Assembly (NCBI GenBank): GCA_963801605.1
Contig: CAWDFP010000006.1
Coordinates: 832,001 to 896,000, forward strand
Origin: an uncultured candidate division Zixibacteria bacterium
Lineage (GTDB): Bacteria > Zixibacteria > MSB-5A5 > UBA10806
Direction of reading: 5' to 3'
Length of the DNA stretch: 64,000 nucleotides
In this document: positions 11,254 to 19,759 of the stretch, one piece after another
Position numbering within the stretch: the stretch's first letter is position 1
Layout: each line of letters opens with the position of its first letter
Notes under the pieces: generated by a model
Told to the model about the DNA's origin: nothing
Databases searched by the model: none
What the model saw: the letters and a program-made list of their open reading frames with translations, nothing else
Position numbers and translations under genes: made by a program

Positions 11254-11380
11254 TTGTGGGCTTTTATTTTATCTGTAAACACGGGAATGTAAAACGTTTA
11301 CCCTGAACCCGTTGAATCCCAGAGAGTTATCGGGCAGGGCGTGAAGCCGGAGCTGTGAATTTTAATATAAAATTCCGCAA
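11254..11380 (+). ncRNA. Candidate rod-shaped structured RNA
   Basis: Nested pairings found by eye: TTGTGG..TTTTAT/ATAAAA..CCGCAA, CACGG/CTGTG, TTTAC/GTGAA, CCTG/CAGG, CCCG/CGGG; G-U pairs favour the + strand. Confidence 0.3.
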
Positions 11381-11408
11381 ATAAATAGGCGGCTATTTCT
11401 AACCGCCC
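11378..11408 (-). terminator. Intrinsic terminator of the sigma-to-FmdB operon
   Basis: GGCGG-ttagaaatag-CCGCC followed by TATTTATTT on the minus strand. Confidence 0.6.
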
Positions 11409-11430
11409 ATAAATTCTCTAATAATTTACC

Positions 11431-11442
11431 GGCCGACCGGCC
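11431..11442 (-). promoter_or_regulatory. Putative bacterial SECIS apical hairpin
   Basis: GGCC-GGUC-GGCC with the loop starting 23 nt after the in-frame UGA; the GGUC loop matches the apex of the E. coli fdhF SECIS. Confidence 0.55.
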
Positions 11443-11454
11443 ATTGATTTTGAC

Positions 11455-11637
11455 TTAACCTCACCTGAATCCGCTGTTGGATCGGCAGGATGAACCACTT
11501 GATGCAAAGCTCGATAATACTCGCTCTGTATTGCCTGAACCGCATTCTTCACATGAAATATTTGTATCTGCGTGAGTAAATACGAAAACCTCAAATTTTT
11601 CGCCGCATTCATTGCATTTATATTCGTAAATCGGCAT
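11455..11637 (-). CDS. FmdB-family zinc-ribbon protein, probable selenoprotein (absent from ORF track)
   Basis: MPIYEYKCNECGEKFE...CEECGS..TERVLSSFASSGSSCRSNSGFR-TGA(11463-11461)-G-TAA; GGAGG RBS; 58 aa if TGA is stop, 60 aa with Sec. Confidence 0.85.
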
Positions 11638-11667
11638 TATGAAACCTCCAAGTTATTCTTTTAGCTT

Positions 11668-12309
11668 TTACGCTACTGCTTCTTTGATAGCATCCAGAAG
11701 TATATGTTCCGGTACGGCGCCTTCCACGTCAATTGTGTCATTAATAACGGTCCGTGGAACTCCCTGGACTCCATACTTCCTCGCCAATTCAGGAAATTCA
11801 GTGGCTTCAATAGCGTCGGCTGTAACCAGCGGCGACTCGTATGCCAACTTAAATGCTGCCAGTACCGCCCGCGGGCAATAGGGACAAGTCGGTGTAACGA
11901 ATACCTGTAGATGTACCGGTTTTTTCAAGTTTTGCAGGAATTCCTTAGTCTCTTGGGATAGCCCGGAATTGTCCTTTGAAATCATTTTTACAGTTTCCAA
12001 AACGGTGACGAACTCATAACCGGATGGTATCCCGTAAAATCTTAAGCCTCGATCTTCACCATTGACAAAGATTGTCGCCGGGACCTTGTCTACCTTATAT
12101 TTGGCTGCAGCTTCCTTATCCGTGGCAACATTATAAACCTCTGCTGAGAGTTTGTCTGATAAGCCGCTCAACTCTTTTACCAGAGATGAAGTATCGTTGC
12201 AATATCGGCATTCCAGTTCCCTCGTGAAATTGACCAGCGTAACCGGTCCCGATAGCGATGAGAATTCTTTCTCTATCGCTTTTTTCTCTTTATCTTGAAG
12301 TATTGGCAT
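11668..12309 (-). CDS. Protein-disulfide oxidoreductase (two thioredoxin folds, AhpF-NTD/PDO family)
   Basis: CRYC and CPYC sites; FYGIPSGYEF; VQGVP; AGGAG RBS before ATG 12309. Confidence 0.92.
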   Translation of the reverse strand: MPILQDKEKKAIEKEFSSLSGPVTLVNFTRELECRYCNDTSSLVKELSGLSDKLSAEVYNVATDKEAAAKYKVDKVPATIFVNGEDRGLRFYGIPSGYEFVTVLETVKMISKDNSGLSQETKEFLQNLKKPVHLQVFVTPTCPYCPRAVLAAFKLAYESPLVTADAIEATEFPELARKYGVQGVPRTVINDTIDVEGAVPEHILLDAIKEAVA

Positions 12310-12368
12310 TTTTAGCTCCTTAATACAATCCATCCGATTTTTTCATGAATTAATATTCATGGTTTAAG

Positions 12369-12581
12369 TTATTTGGCGGCCTTAACTACGCAAGTATCTC
12401 TGCCGCAAACCTGGTACATGGCGCAGAAACGAAACAACCCTGTTAAAAGCAGCACCGCACCCAAGGCAATCGATACCACCATCCAGCCTAATGATTTAAT
12501 CAAAAATAATCCTATTACTATTAATACTATCCCCGCGATTATGCGGAGCGTCCTATCGAGTCCGCCCACGTTTGGTTTCAT
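12369..12581 (-). CDS. DUF2892 (YgaP-like) small membrane protein
   Basis: MKPNVGGLDRTLRI...LLLTGLFRFC..Y...G..TC signature. Confidence 0.88.
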   Translation of the reverse strand: MKPNVGGLDRTLRIIAGIVLIVIGLFLIKSLGWMVVSIALGAVLLLTGLFRFCAMYQVCGRDTCVVKAAK

Positions 12582-12601
12582 AATGCCTTCCTTTTATTGA
12601 T

Positions 12602-12853
12602 TTATTTTGCTTTGAAGTGTTCGTCCCAACGGGTTTTGAGCACGCCTTTGAGCTTGTTTTCCAGAGTGATAGGCAGCTTTTCCCTGATACCGTCACGGCA
12701 GAGAATCACTGTTTGTTTCATGGTGTCTATCATTATTCGGCAATTATTGCAGTGGCCGATATGCTCCTCAATTTCCCGGCACAAGCTGAGATTGAGACTA
12801 CCGTCCAGGTAATCGTTAAGATCTTTTACATAATCAGCGCACTTATTTGCCAT
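12602..12853 (-). CDS. Zinc-binding (zf-HC2) soluble anti-sigma factor
   Basis: C..LNDYLDGSL...IEEHIGHCNNC; overlaps the end of the sigma gene. Confidence 0.9.
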   Translation of the reverse strand: MANKCADYVKDLNDYLDGSLNLSLCREIEEHIGHCNNCRIMIDTMKQTVILCRDGIREKLPITLENKLKGVLKTRWDEHFKAK

Positions 12854-13427
12854 GGCGAGCCTCAAAATCCTTTGATAAATATTCGCGAAGCGCCAATCTG
12901 GCGCGCAGAATTCGAGATTTTGCCGACGCTTCAGATTGTCCGGTCAGTTCCGCTATTTCCTTAACAGAGAGTTCATTATGATAGCGCAGCAGAAAAGCTT
13001 CTCGATATTGATAAGGTAAATTATCGAGGGCCATATTAATCTTTTCCTGCAGCTCTTTGGTCTCCAGTACGCGATACGGGTCCTGCCATTCGAGAAGATT
13101 TGTATCATGACTATGAGACTCGCTGCCCTGTGGAAGGTAGTCCTCTATTGGACGAAGGTCGGCCTGCTTTTCTTTGGCAAAGTGAGCCCGGGAAAGGTTC
13201 AAAGCAATAGCATAAAGCCAGGTGCCAAACGATGACTCCCCTCGAAATTGGCCTATGTTATCTATCGCTTTCAAAAAGGTCTCCTGGATAATGTCTTCGG
13301 CGTTTTCCTTGTTTCCCACCAGTCGATGTACCAAGGCGTATATTTTGTCCTTGTGGGCGTCAACAAGCGCCGTGAACGCCTCAAAGTCGCCCGACTGCAT
13401 CCTGGCTATCAATTCTCTTTCGTCCAT
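12843..13427 (-). CDS. ECF RNA polymerase sigma factor
   Basis: GDFEAF, AEDIIQETFLKA, FGTWLYAIALN, SVKEIAE, KSRILRAR; likely start MDERELI. Confidence 0.93.
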   Translation of the reverse strand: MDERELIARMQSGDFEAFTALVDAHKDKIYALVHRLVGNKENAEDIIQETFLKAIDNIGQFRGESSFGTWLYAIALNLSRAHFAKEKQADLRPIEDYLPQGSESHSHDTNLLEWQDPYRVLETKELQEKINMALDNLPYQYREAFLLRYHNELSVKEIAELTGQSEASAKSRILRARLALREYLSKDFEARHGK

Positions 13428-13467
13428 TAGATAAGAATATACCAGAAATGATTCAAAATTTCGATAA

Positions 13468-13485
13468 AAGTTAATTATTTCACAA
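13468..13485. promoter_or_regulatory. Possible degenerate Rex operator
   Basis: AAGTTAA-ttat-TTCACAA versus consensus TTGTGAA-N4-TTCACAA. Confidence 0.35.
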
Positions 13486-13564
13486 ATATTCTGAATCAAA
13501 TGCCTGACGCGTCTATCTAATTATCGGTGATGATTTGTCCTGGTCTTAAAAAGTGGAGAAACTT

Positions 13565-15451
13565 ATGAAAATGCGAATGTTCGGGATAATGGTCATTTTG
13601 TTAATTGCGGTGGTTTGGGCGGCTTACGGCTTTTGGCCCAGAATTATCAACTTGATGCTTCCCTCCGATAGCAGACCGGGCAAAGTTTCATTTCCTGTTG
13701 AGCGTATTAATCAGGAGGAGTTTTCGGTGATTGCAAATGAGCTTAACGACTCCCATAGCGGCCAATTCGATCATATCGATCATTTTCGTAAAGCCGGCAT
13801 ATTGGCTTACGAGGGCCCATCAACATGCTTGAAATGCCATGAGACGATTAAGATCAAAGATGCCGTAACCGGAGCCGAAAAAGAAGTGAATCTTCTGGCT
13901 AATGTCACGGGTTCAGTTCATTATAGATTCTTCAGCTCCAGGCATCCCAATGTTTATGGTTTCAACGGCAAATTGGCTGATTATTTTCCAATGGGAAAAA
14001 TCGACCGTCCCTGCCCTAAGCCCGGCTCGTTTGCGATGACCGCTTGGGCCGAATTAGTCGTGACTCAAAAGGGCGATACTCTTTCCGAAGGGTGTGGCCA
14101 ATGCCATATCGGAGGAGAGTACCAGGCGCCGTTAGGAGATATCATGCCCGGTTATCGCCCTATAAAGGAAGAAAAGGACGCTATTGATTGTTTAATCTGT
14201 CATTCAGCGGCCTATGATATGAATAAGAAACAGGTAATAAAGGATGCCAGCGGTCGTTTACACTGGGACCAGGATCGATCGATGAAAGCCGCTATGAGCG
14301 TTACCAATACCACATCCCAAACCTGCCTTCGTTGCCACCAACATAATTTTGGAGGCGATATCTATATCGATTCACTCGATACCTCATTCATGCAAAGCAT
14401 TCAAAACACCGGATACGAAAGGCCTCGGGTACTTCATCCGGGCTCAAAACGCGGGACGCCGTATTCACCTTCCTGGGATGTTCACGCTGCCGCCGGTGTA
14501 AACTGCACTGATTGCCACATCACCGAGGGACACTTGATCGCCAAGGGAACGCATACAACTACTATTATGGCGAACGATCTGCCCCAAACGGAGGTAGCGT
14601 GCGAAAACTGCCATACGTCATCTCCTCATAAAAGCAACGATAAATTGGCTGATTACTTAAACAGCCACACTGAAAAGATCGCCTGTCAAACCTGTCATAT
14701 TCCTTCTCTTCAGCCCGATAATGCAACCTATCGCGATTTTTCAAAGACCGTTTATGAAGAGCGTGCCGGTATCTATGTGTACAATGATACACTAAAAGAA
14801 ACTGCTCCCGATAAGGGAATTACTTACGTCTGGTGGAATGGCGATGCTACATTCCTTGGAAACCCGATAGGCGATAATCCCAACGGAAAAAATCTATATC
14901 GATTCTATAATCCAACTCACATTTGGCCCGAATATAAGGATTACGATTATGCCGGCTGGTATGAAAAAACTATGCGCCCGATTGCCAGCGCTGGCAGGCC
15001 GTCGAAACTATATGCTATAAAGCTCTTTAATGGTAAACAGCATATTGATCTTCAAAATATGGGACCGTTCGGCGGCATGTTTGTTCCTTACAATTTGCCA
15101 ACCTATTACCGGACCGGAAATCCCGATCAGGCCGCGCAAAAAGAGATGGGCAAGAGCATGATGGCTATGATGTATGGCTATATGTTTAAGTATTATCTTA
15201 TGGATAAATTCATGTCCTTTATGAATGTCGATAGGTGGAATACCGGGGCTTACAAAGATGTTCTAAATATCAAAAAAGTTGAGCCTCGTTGGCTTCCCCA
15301 GGATGCATCTCTTGAGATAAGCCACGCGATTCGGAAAAATGGAGCTTTAACCTGCGATAATTGCCATGGACCAAATGGCGTTCTTGATTGGAAAAAATTA
15401 GGTTATTCTGATGATGAGGCGCTTTCGTTGAGTGATCTGAGGATTCCATGA
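13565..15451 (+). CDS. Octaheme c-type cytochrome, OTR (octaheme tetrathionate reductase)-like family
   Basis: N-terminal TM/signal; 8 CxxCH (CLKCH, CGQCH, CLICH, CLRCH, CTDCH, CENCH, CQTCH, CDNCH) with OTR-like spacing and context (GK....C, DVH, LN.H..IACQTCHIP, AL.C..CH). Confidence 0.82.
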   Translation: MKMRMFGIMVILLIAVVWAAYGFWPRIINLMLPSDSRPGKVSFPVERINQEEFSVIANELNDSHSGQFDHIDHFRKAGILAYEGPSTCLKCHETIKIKDAVTGAEKEVNLLANVTGSVHYRFFSSRHPNVYGFNGKLADYFPMGKIDRPCPKPGSFAMTAWAELVVTQKGDTLSEGCGQCHIGGEYQAPLGDIMPGYRPIKEEKDAIDCLICHSAAYDMNKKQVIKDASGRLHWDQDRSMKAAMSVTNTTSQTCLRCHQHNFGGDIYIDSLDTSFMQSIQNTGYERPRVLHPGSKRGTPYSPSWDVHAAAGVNCTDCHITEGHLIAKGTHTTTIMANDLPQTEVACENCHTSSPHKSNDKLADYLNSHTEKIACQTCHIPSLQPDNATYRDFSKTVYEERAGIYVYNDTLKETAPDKGITYVWWNGDATFLGNPIGDNPNGKNLYRFYNPTHIWPEYKDYDYAGWYEKTMRPIASAGRPSKLYAIKLFNGKQHIDLQNMGPFGGMFVPYNLPTYYRTGNPDQAAQKEMGKSMMAMMYGYMFKYYLMDKFMSFMNVDRWNTGAYKDVLNIKKVEPRWLPQDASLEISHAIRKNGALTCDNCHGPNGVLDWKKLGYSDDEALSLSDLRIP

Positions 15452-15486
15452 ATTTTTTAATGAAAGTACTCGCAATAATCCTCTAA

Positions 15487-15631
15487 GGGGAGCCTGCAAT
15501 AAATATTTAAGGCCTTACCCTAACAACTATACGGCTCAAAGGCTGCAACTCTTGACAGGCCTGCGACAAGCCTAATTAATAAGGGTAGCCTATCTGATGC
15601 GCCGATACTAAATTTAAAATTGTGTTTCCCC
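15487..15631 (+). ncRNA. Candidate 6S-like rod-shaped RNA
   Basis: GGGGAG/TTCCCC, GCAAT/ATTGT, ATTTA/TAAAT, AGGC..TACCCT/AGGGTAGCCT, A/T-rich central bubble, GGCT/AGCC, AGGC/GCCT, terminal hairpin. Confidence 0.4.
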
Positions 15632-15641
15632 CCAAAAAACG

Positions 15642-15673
15642 AAACCCCCGAAGTCGTTGAACTTCAGGGGCTT
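15642..15673 (-). terminator. Terminator downstream of the tRNA
   Basis: CCCC(T)GAAGT-loop-ACTTCGGGG followed by GTTTCGTTTTT on the minus strand. Confidence 0.6.
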
Positions 15674-15678
15674 AGACT

Positions 15679-15755
<77 letters not shown>

Positions 15756-15828
15756 TCGTAAATTCAATTTTTCTACCCAAGAACAAGCTTAATGATATCA
15801 TTCCATCATCGCTTGTTCCAAGATTACC

Positions 15829-15858
15829 AATATAGCCTTACTCTATAGCATATGTCAA
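15829..15858 (-). promoter_or_regulatory. Putative sigma70 promoter of the tRNA
   Basis: TTGACA-N18-TATATT. Confidence 0.5.
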
Positions 15859-15918
15859 GTTTATAAAATATTTTTACAGAAACAGTAATTATCAATATGA
15901 ATGGAGTGAGGATCAGCC

Positions 15919-16527
15919 TTATCGCAGCGGTAAAATCAGAAATATGGTAATATCCCATAAAGCATGAGAAATAATACCCGGCCACAAGGAGCCAAATTTC
16001 TTATAAAGCCATCCCCAATAGAGTCCTCCAATGATTGCAGCCATAACAAGAATCAGGTTTCTTGACCATAGATGTACCGCGGCATAAAGAATCGCACCCA
16101 ATATCCAGCCAGCGTTAGCTCCGAAATATTTGGAAAGGATACGCTGCGTCATGCCGCGCCAGAATATTTCCTCGGCTGGCCCAATGCAAAAAAGTAGAAG
16201 CGATGCAATTGCCCAGGGATTCAAAAGGGTATTATTTGCATAGATGGTATTAATTTGCCCCGAGGCGAACGGCAATATGCTTTTTGAAAGCAGATCACCT
16301 ATCCAAAATATTATATAAAGAGCAATCGCGGAAAGGATTCCCCATATAAAATAAGATAGTTTGAATTCGAATAATTGTTTGCGGTCTTCTCCGGCCAAAA
16401 TAATCGACCAGACAGCGAGTGTGCCCGCAGCGAATGCCATACCCCACCAGAAATTCAGCACATTCAATCCGAAAATAAGCATCCAGAATACAGCAGCGAA
16501 AAGTAAGGCTATGAGAAGATGTGCCAA
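15919..16527 (-). CDS. CPBP (CAAX/Abi) intramembrane glutamic endopeptidase; start uncertain
   Basis: AEEIFWRG, YAAVH, SHALWD; multi-TM. Confidence 0.88.
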   Translation of the reverse strand: MAHLLIALLFAAVFWMLIFGLNVLNFWWGMAFAAGTLAVWSIILAGEDRKQLFEFKLSYFIWGILSAIALYIIFWIGDLLSKSILPFASGQINTIYANNTLLNPWAIASLLLFCIGPAEEIFWRGMTQRILSKYFGANAGWILGAILYAAVHLWSRNLILVMAAIIGGLYWGWLYKKFGSLWPGIISHALWDITIFLILPLR

Positions 16528-16561
16528 GGATAATCTTTCTCAGGTGTATCGCCTGATTTAA

Positions 16562-17098
16562 TCATAATTCTACGCTCTCAGCCCCCAGTTCACTTTTAAA
16601 GCACTCGAAGGTATCATTATCAAATAGGATAAATCCTACATGCTTGATCGAGCGGGATAGTTTCAAGAATTTCCGGGTTTCATCGATCATGGCCAAAGCG
16701 GCCTGCTCCCGAGGAAATCCCCCTACTCCAGTACCCAATGCTGGAAAATCGATCGATTGGATTCCCAAATTCTCCGCGCACATAAGGGCGCTTTTAGTCG
16801 CCAGCCGAATGCTGTTTTCATCTGTTTGCAGGTTTTGCCCCATGGCCGCAGCATGAATAATATATTTTTGCGAGAGATGTCCGGCACGAGTCGCCACCGC
16901 TTGACCAATCTCGATTGGCCCCTTGGAGATAGCCTCGATTTCGATTTCAGGGCCGCCTTTGCGCTTGATAGCACCTGCAACACCTGATCCCATCCAGAGA
17001 TAATTATTGGCAGCATTAACAATAGCATCGGCCCGCGATTCAGTAATATCGCCCTGAACGCATGTTATTGTTTTCCCGGTCATTTCGTAAATGCTCAA
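16562..17098 (-). CDS. Macro-domain protein (YmdB-like ADP-ribose processing)
   Basis: GDIT, DAIVNAAN, GVAGAI, FPALGTGVGG. Confidence 0.92.
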   Translation of the reverse strand: MSIYEMTGKTITCVQGDITESRADAIVNAANNYLWMGSGVAGAIKRKGGPEIEIEAISKGPIEIGQAVATRAGHLSQKYIIHAAAMGQNLQTDENSIRLATKSALMCAENLGIQSIDFPALGTGVGGFPREQAALAMIDETRKFLKLSRSIKHVGFILFDNDTFECFKSELGAESVEL

Positions 17099-17103
17099 TT
17101 AAA

Positions 17104-17685
17104 TCATTCAATCTGTCGAGGCATGTTTTGATTAATGAAAAGTGTCCCGATTTTATTGGGTGCAGCATTTTTTGCCAGAGTGTAAACGAGGCCTCCTAAT
17201 AAAATTCCATAGAGTGCGCCGGCAATAATGTCAAAAGGGTAATGCACCCCAAGATATACCCGGCTTATACTTATCAGGAATGCCAAAATATATAGGTAAA
17301 TTCGAGATCCTTTATAAAGAGTCCCTATAACTATAGCCTGACTAAAAGTATTGGCGGCATGAGATGATGGAAAGCCGTATCTTCCACCGCAGCCATCGAT
17401 TGTCCGCAGCCAGGCAATAGCTGGCTCCGCGTGACACGGCCTTAATCGCGCAAAAAGAGGTTTAAATATCAAATGTAGTGAACTGTCAACGATGATGGCC
17501 GTAATGATGCTTAAAACAATTAACCAGCGTCCCCTCGATCCGCCTTTCCAGAGAAGCAGGATTGCTATCACAAATAGGGGGGCAGCCCAGATTTTAAAAT
17601 TCCCGATATGACCGAAAATAAAATCAAGCACCGGATTAGCGATATCGACATTGATAAATTTCAAGACGGCTAAATCCAGCGGCAT
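17104..17685 (-). CDS. PAP2-family phosphatase (undecaprenyl-diphosphatase-like)
   Basis: KPLFARLRP, FPSSH, SRVYLGVHYPFD. Confidence 0.92.
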   Translation of the reverse strand: MPLDLAVLKFINVDIANPVLDFIFGHIGNFKIWAAPLFVIAILLLWKGGSRGRWLIVLSIITAIIVDSSLHLIFKPLFARLRPCHAEPAIAWLRTIDGCGGRYGFPSSHAANTFSQAIVIGTLYKGSRIYLYILAFLISISRVYLGVHYPFDIIAGALYGILLGGLVYTLAKNAAPNKIGTLFINQNMPRQIE

Positions 17686-17751
17686 TAGTGCTCCATATTT
17701 ATTGGAATCTCAGGGTAATGCTCCAGCAGATTGGTAACGCATCGTATCGTT

Positions 17752-18369
17752 CTATCGGAACTCAACCTGTCCGTTAGTGCCATCGTTGAGTTTGTTTTTA
17801 AAGGCTGTTGCCTGTGACGCCCGGACCTCGACAACAAAAGTAACATTATCGCTATATTGCGAGTCCTTAAGCTCGGCCTCGAAAGTGTTAATGATATTAT
17901 GCGCCACGTTGACAAAATCAAAACTGACATTAAATGTTACAACTTCAGTAAAGTATTTTTTCTCTATTTCGGCAGAACGAAGAATGTCTATTGCCATTTT
18001 ACCGTATGAGCGCATTAAGCCGCCAGTACCAAGTTTTACACCACCGAAATAACGGGTGACAACGATACATACATTCGATAAACCCCGAGCATCGATTGCC
18101 TTAAGAATCGGCAATCCCGCAGTTCCGGACGGTTCACCATCGTCGCTATAACGGTATCGTTGAGATCGTCCAATTCCAACTTTCCAGGCGAAGGCATTAT
18201 GAGTGGCATCATGGAACTCCTTTTTCATCTCTTCAATAAACGCCACAGCTTCACCTTCGCTGGCAACCGGCCTGGCAGTTGCGATAAAATGGCTGCCTTT
18301 TACCTTATCATCACAGCGACACTGCTGCTTCATCTGATAATATTGATCTTGCGATAATTTTAGAACCAT
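17752..18369 (-). CDS. yigZ: YigZ/IMPACT family protein
   Basis: KGSHFIA, ATHNAFAW, SDDGEPSGTAG, VTRYFGGVKLGTGGL. Confidence 0.92.
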   Translation of the reverse strand: MVLKLSQDQYYQMKQQCRCDDKVKGSHFIATARPVASEGEAVAFIEEMKKEFHDATHNAFAWKVGIGRSQRYRYSDDGEPSGTAGLPILKAIDARGLSNVCIVVTRYFGGVKLGTGGLMRSYGKMAIDILRSAEIEKKYFTEVVTFNVSFDFVNVAHNIINTFEAELKDSQYSDNVTFVVEVRASQATAFKNKLNDGTNGQVEFR

Positions 18370-18614
18370 TAGGTTTTCTCCGATGGAAACTGCCCTATAA
18401 GTCGTTCCACCCGACTTTTGTAGATTTGTCTAAAAAACTTCGTCATCTCAGGTTCCTGCCGAGAGAATTCCGAATCTATCCGATCGTATTCATCCCTGGC
18501 GCTCGAGGGAGAGATAACGCCCAAAACAATTAAATCGCATAGCCTGTCGGCCTGTCTTCGAGAAAATAGATAGCTATCTGAATAACCTTCCATACGGAAG
18601 TTACAATTATACAT
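18369..18614 (-). CDS. Hypothetical protein
   Basis: 81-aa ORF filling the operon gap, TAATG-coupled to yigZ. Confidence 0.65.
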   Translation of the reverse strand: MYNCNFRMEGYSDSYLFSRRQADRLCDLIVLGVISPSSARDEYDRIDSEFSRQEPEMTKFFRQIYKSRVERLIGQFPSEKT

Positions 18615-18619
18615 AAAAA

Positions 18620-19492
18620 TTATACCATGTATTTAATTATTTCGTCAACCGCTTCAATTCCATTAATAGGTAACGCATTGCTATTCTTAATTGTTTCGCT
18701 ATCCAGGATCTGTTCGGGATCTGCAAAATAAAGCGGTTTGCCCTGCTTGAATGCGTACTGGGCAGTGCGAAGCTCACCCCGACGTATTGTCCCAATCTGC
18801 GATACGATTACAGCTTTGGAGAAAGCGGCGATAAGCCGGTTGCGAAGGATTAAGCGAACTGCTTTAACTCGTCGCTCCGGAGGATATTCAGAAACCAGCA
18901 GTCCTGAAACGGCAATATTCTCCGCCAGAGTGATGTTTTCAGGAGGATAAATATTATAGAAGCCGCATCCCAGTACTGCGATAGTGGATCCCTGATATTT
19001 CAGAGCGCTCAAATGAGCTGCACTGTCAATCCCGATTGCCAGGCCCGAAACAACGCCGACGCCGCGTTTAACAAACTCCCTGGTTAAATCGATCGTTAGG
19101 CGTATCCCTTCCTGGGTCGCCTGAGTGGTACCTACTAAGGCAACATAATCATTTTTGAGAGCCTCGAGATTTCCCTTAAAATACAAAACGGGAGGAGGAT
19201 CGCCAATTTCGCGTAAAAGTTCAGGGTAATCATCGTCAAAGAAAGTGGTAGTATAAATCCCTTGATTGTCGAACTCTTCAATCTTTTTCTCAAACTCACC
19301 GATATGATCAAGAGATTTAAATATCTTCTCAAGTCCGTCCTCTCCGATTCGGGGAATATCTTCGAAATCCTCTGGCCGGGCACTTAAGACATTTTCCGGC
19401 GGGCCCACTCGCATCAGGATTTGCTGAAAAGTCTTGGGACCAACTCCCCCGATCTCGGTTAGAGCCATTATTATTGATTTTCTGCTATTCAT
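18620..19492 (-). CDS. dprA: DNA-processing protein DprA/Smf
   Basis: YPELLREIGDPPPVLYFKG, VVSGLAIGIDSAAH, LVSEYPP, RNRLIA; N-terminal HhH. Confidence 0.9.
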   Translation of the reverse strand: MNSRKSIIMALTEIGGVGPKTFQQILMRVGPPENVLSARPEDFEDIPRIGEDGLEKIFKSLDHIGEFEKKIEEFDNQGIYTTTFFDDDYPELLREIGDPPPVLYFKGNLEALKNDYVALVGTTQATQEGIRLTIDLTREFVKRGVGVVSGLAIGIDSAAHLSALKYQGSTIAVLGCGFYNIYPPENITLAENIAVSGLLVSEYPPERRVKAVRLILRNRLIAAFSKAVIVSQIGTIRRGELRTAQYAFKQGKPLYFADPEQILDSETIKNSNALPINGIEAVDEIIKYMV

Positions 19493-19759
19493 AAAATAAT
19501 TGTTCTATTTCATTAATGATTTTCAATGAAAATGCTTACACCGGAAATTGTCATCGCAGCCCCATACCGGTATCCAGCCGTTTATCAAGCAACCCTAAAT
19601 TATTCGGTCAAAGAACTTTTTTCGCCAGCAGTATTACGCGGAATTTTCCCAATTCGATACCCAAAATTATCCGGCGAAGGTCACACCCGGCAAAAGTTGC
19701 GGAATAAGAAAAGGGCCTATAATTCAACTAATTTATTATACGCTTAATGCTAACCAAAG

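Noticed and set aside
13492..13515. ECF promoter TGAATC..CGTCTA upstream of the octaheme gene
   Set aside because: The spacer is only 12 nt, shorter than usual for ECF promoters
17685..17930. Alternative-frame ORF overlapping yigZ and coupled to PAP2
   Set aside because: YigZ ends normally and the peptide has no recognisable features
19500..19755. ncRNA or small ORFs in the M23-dprA gap
   Set aside because: Only short scattered pairings, and the + strand ORFs have no RBS or motifs
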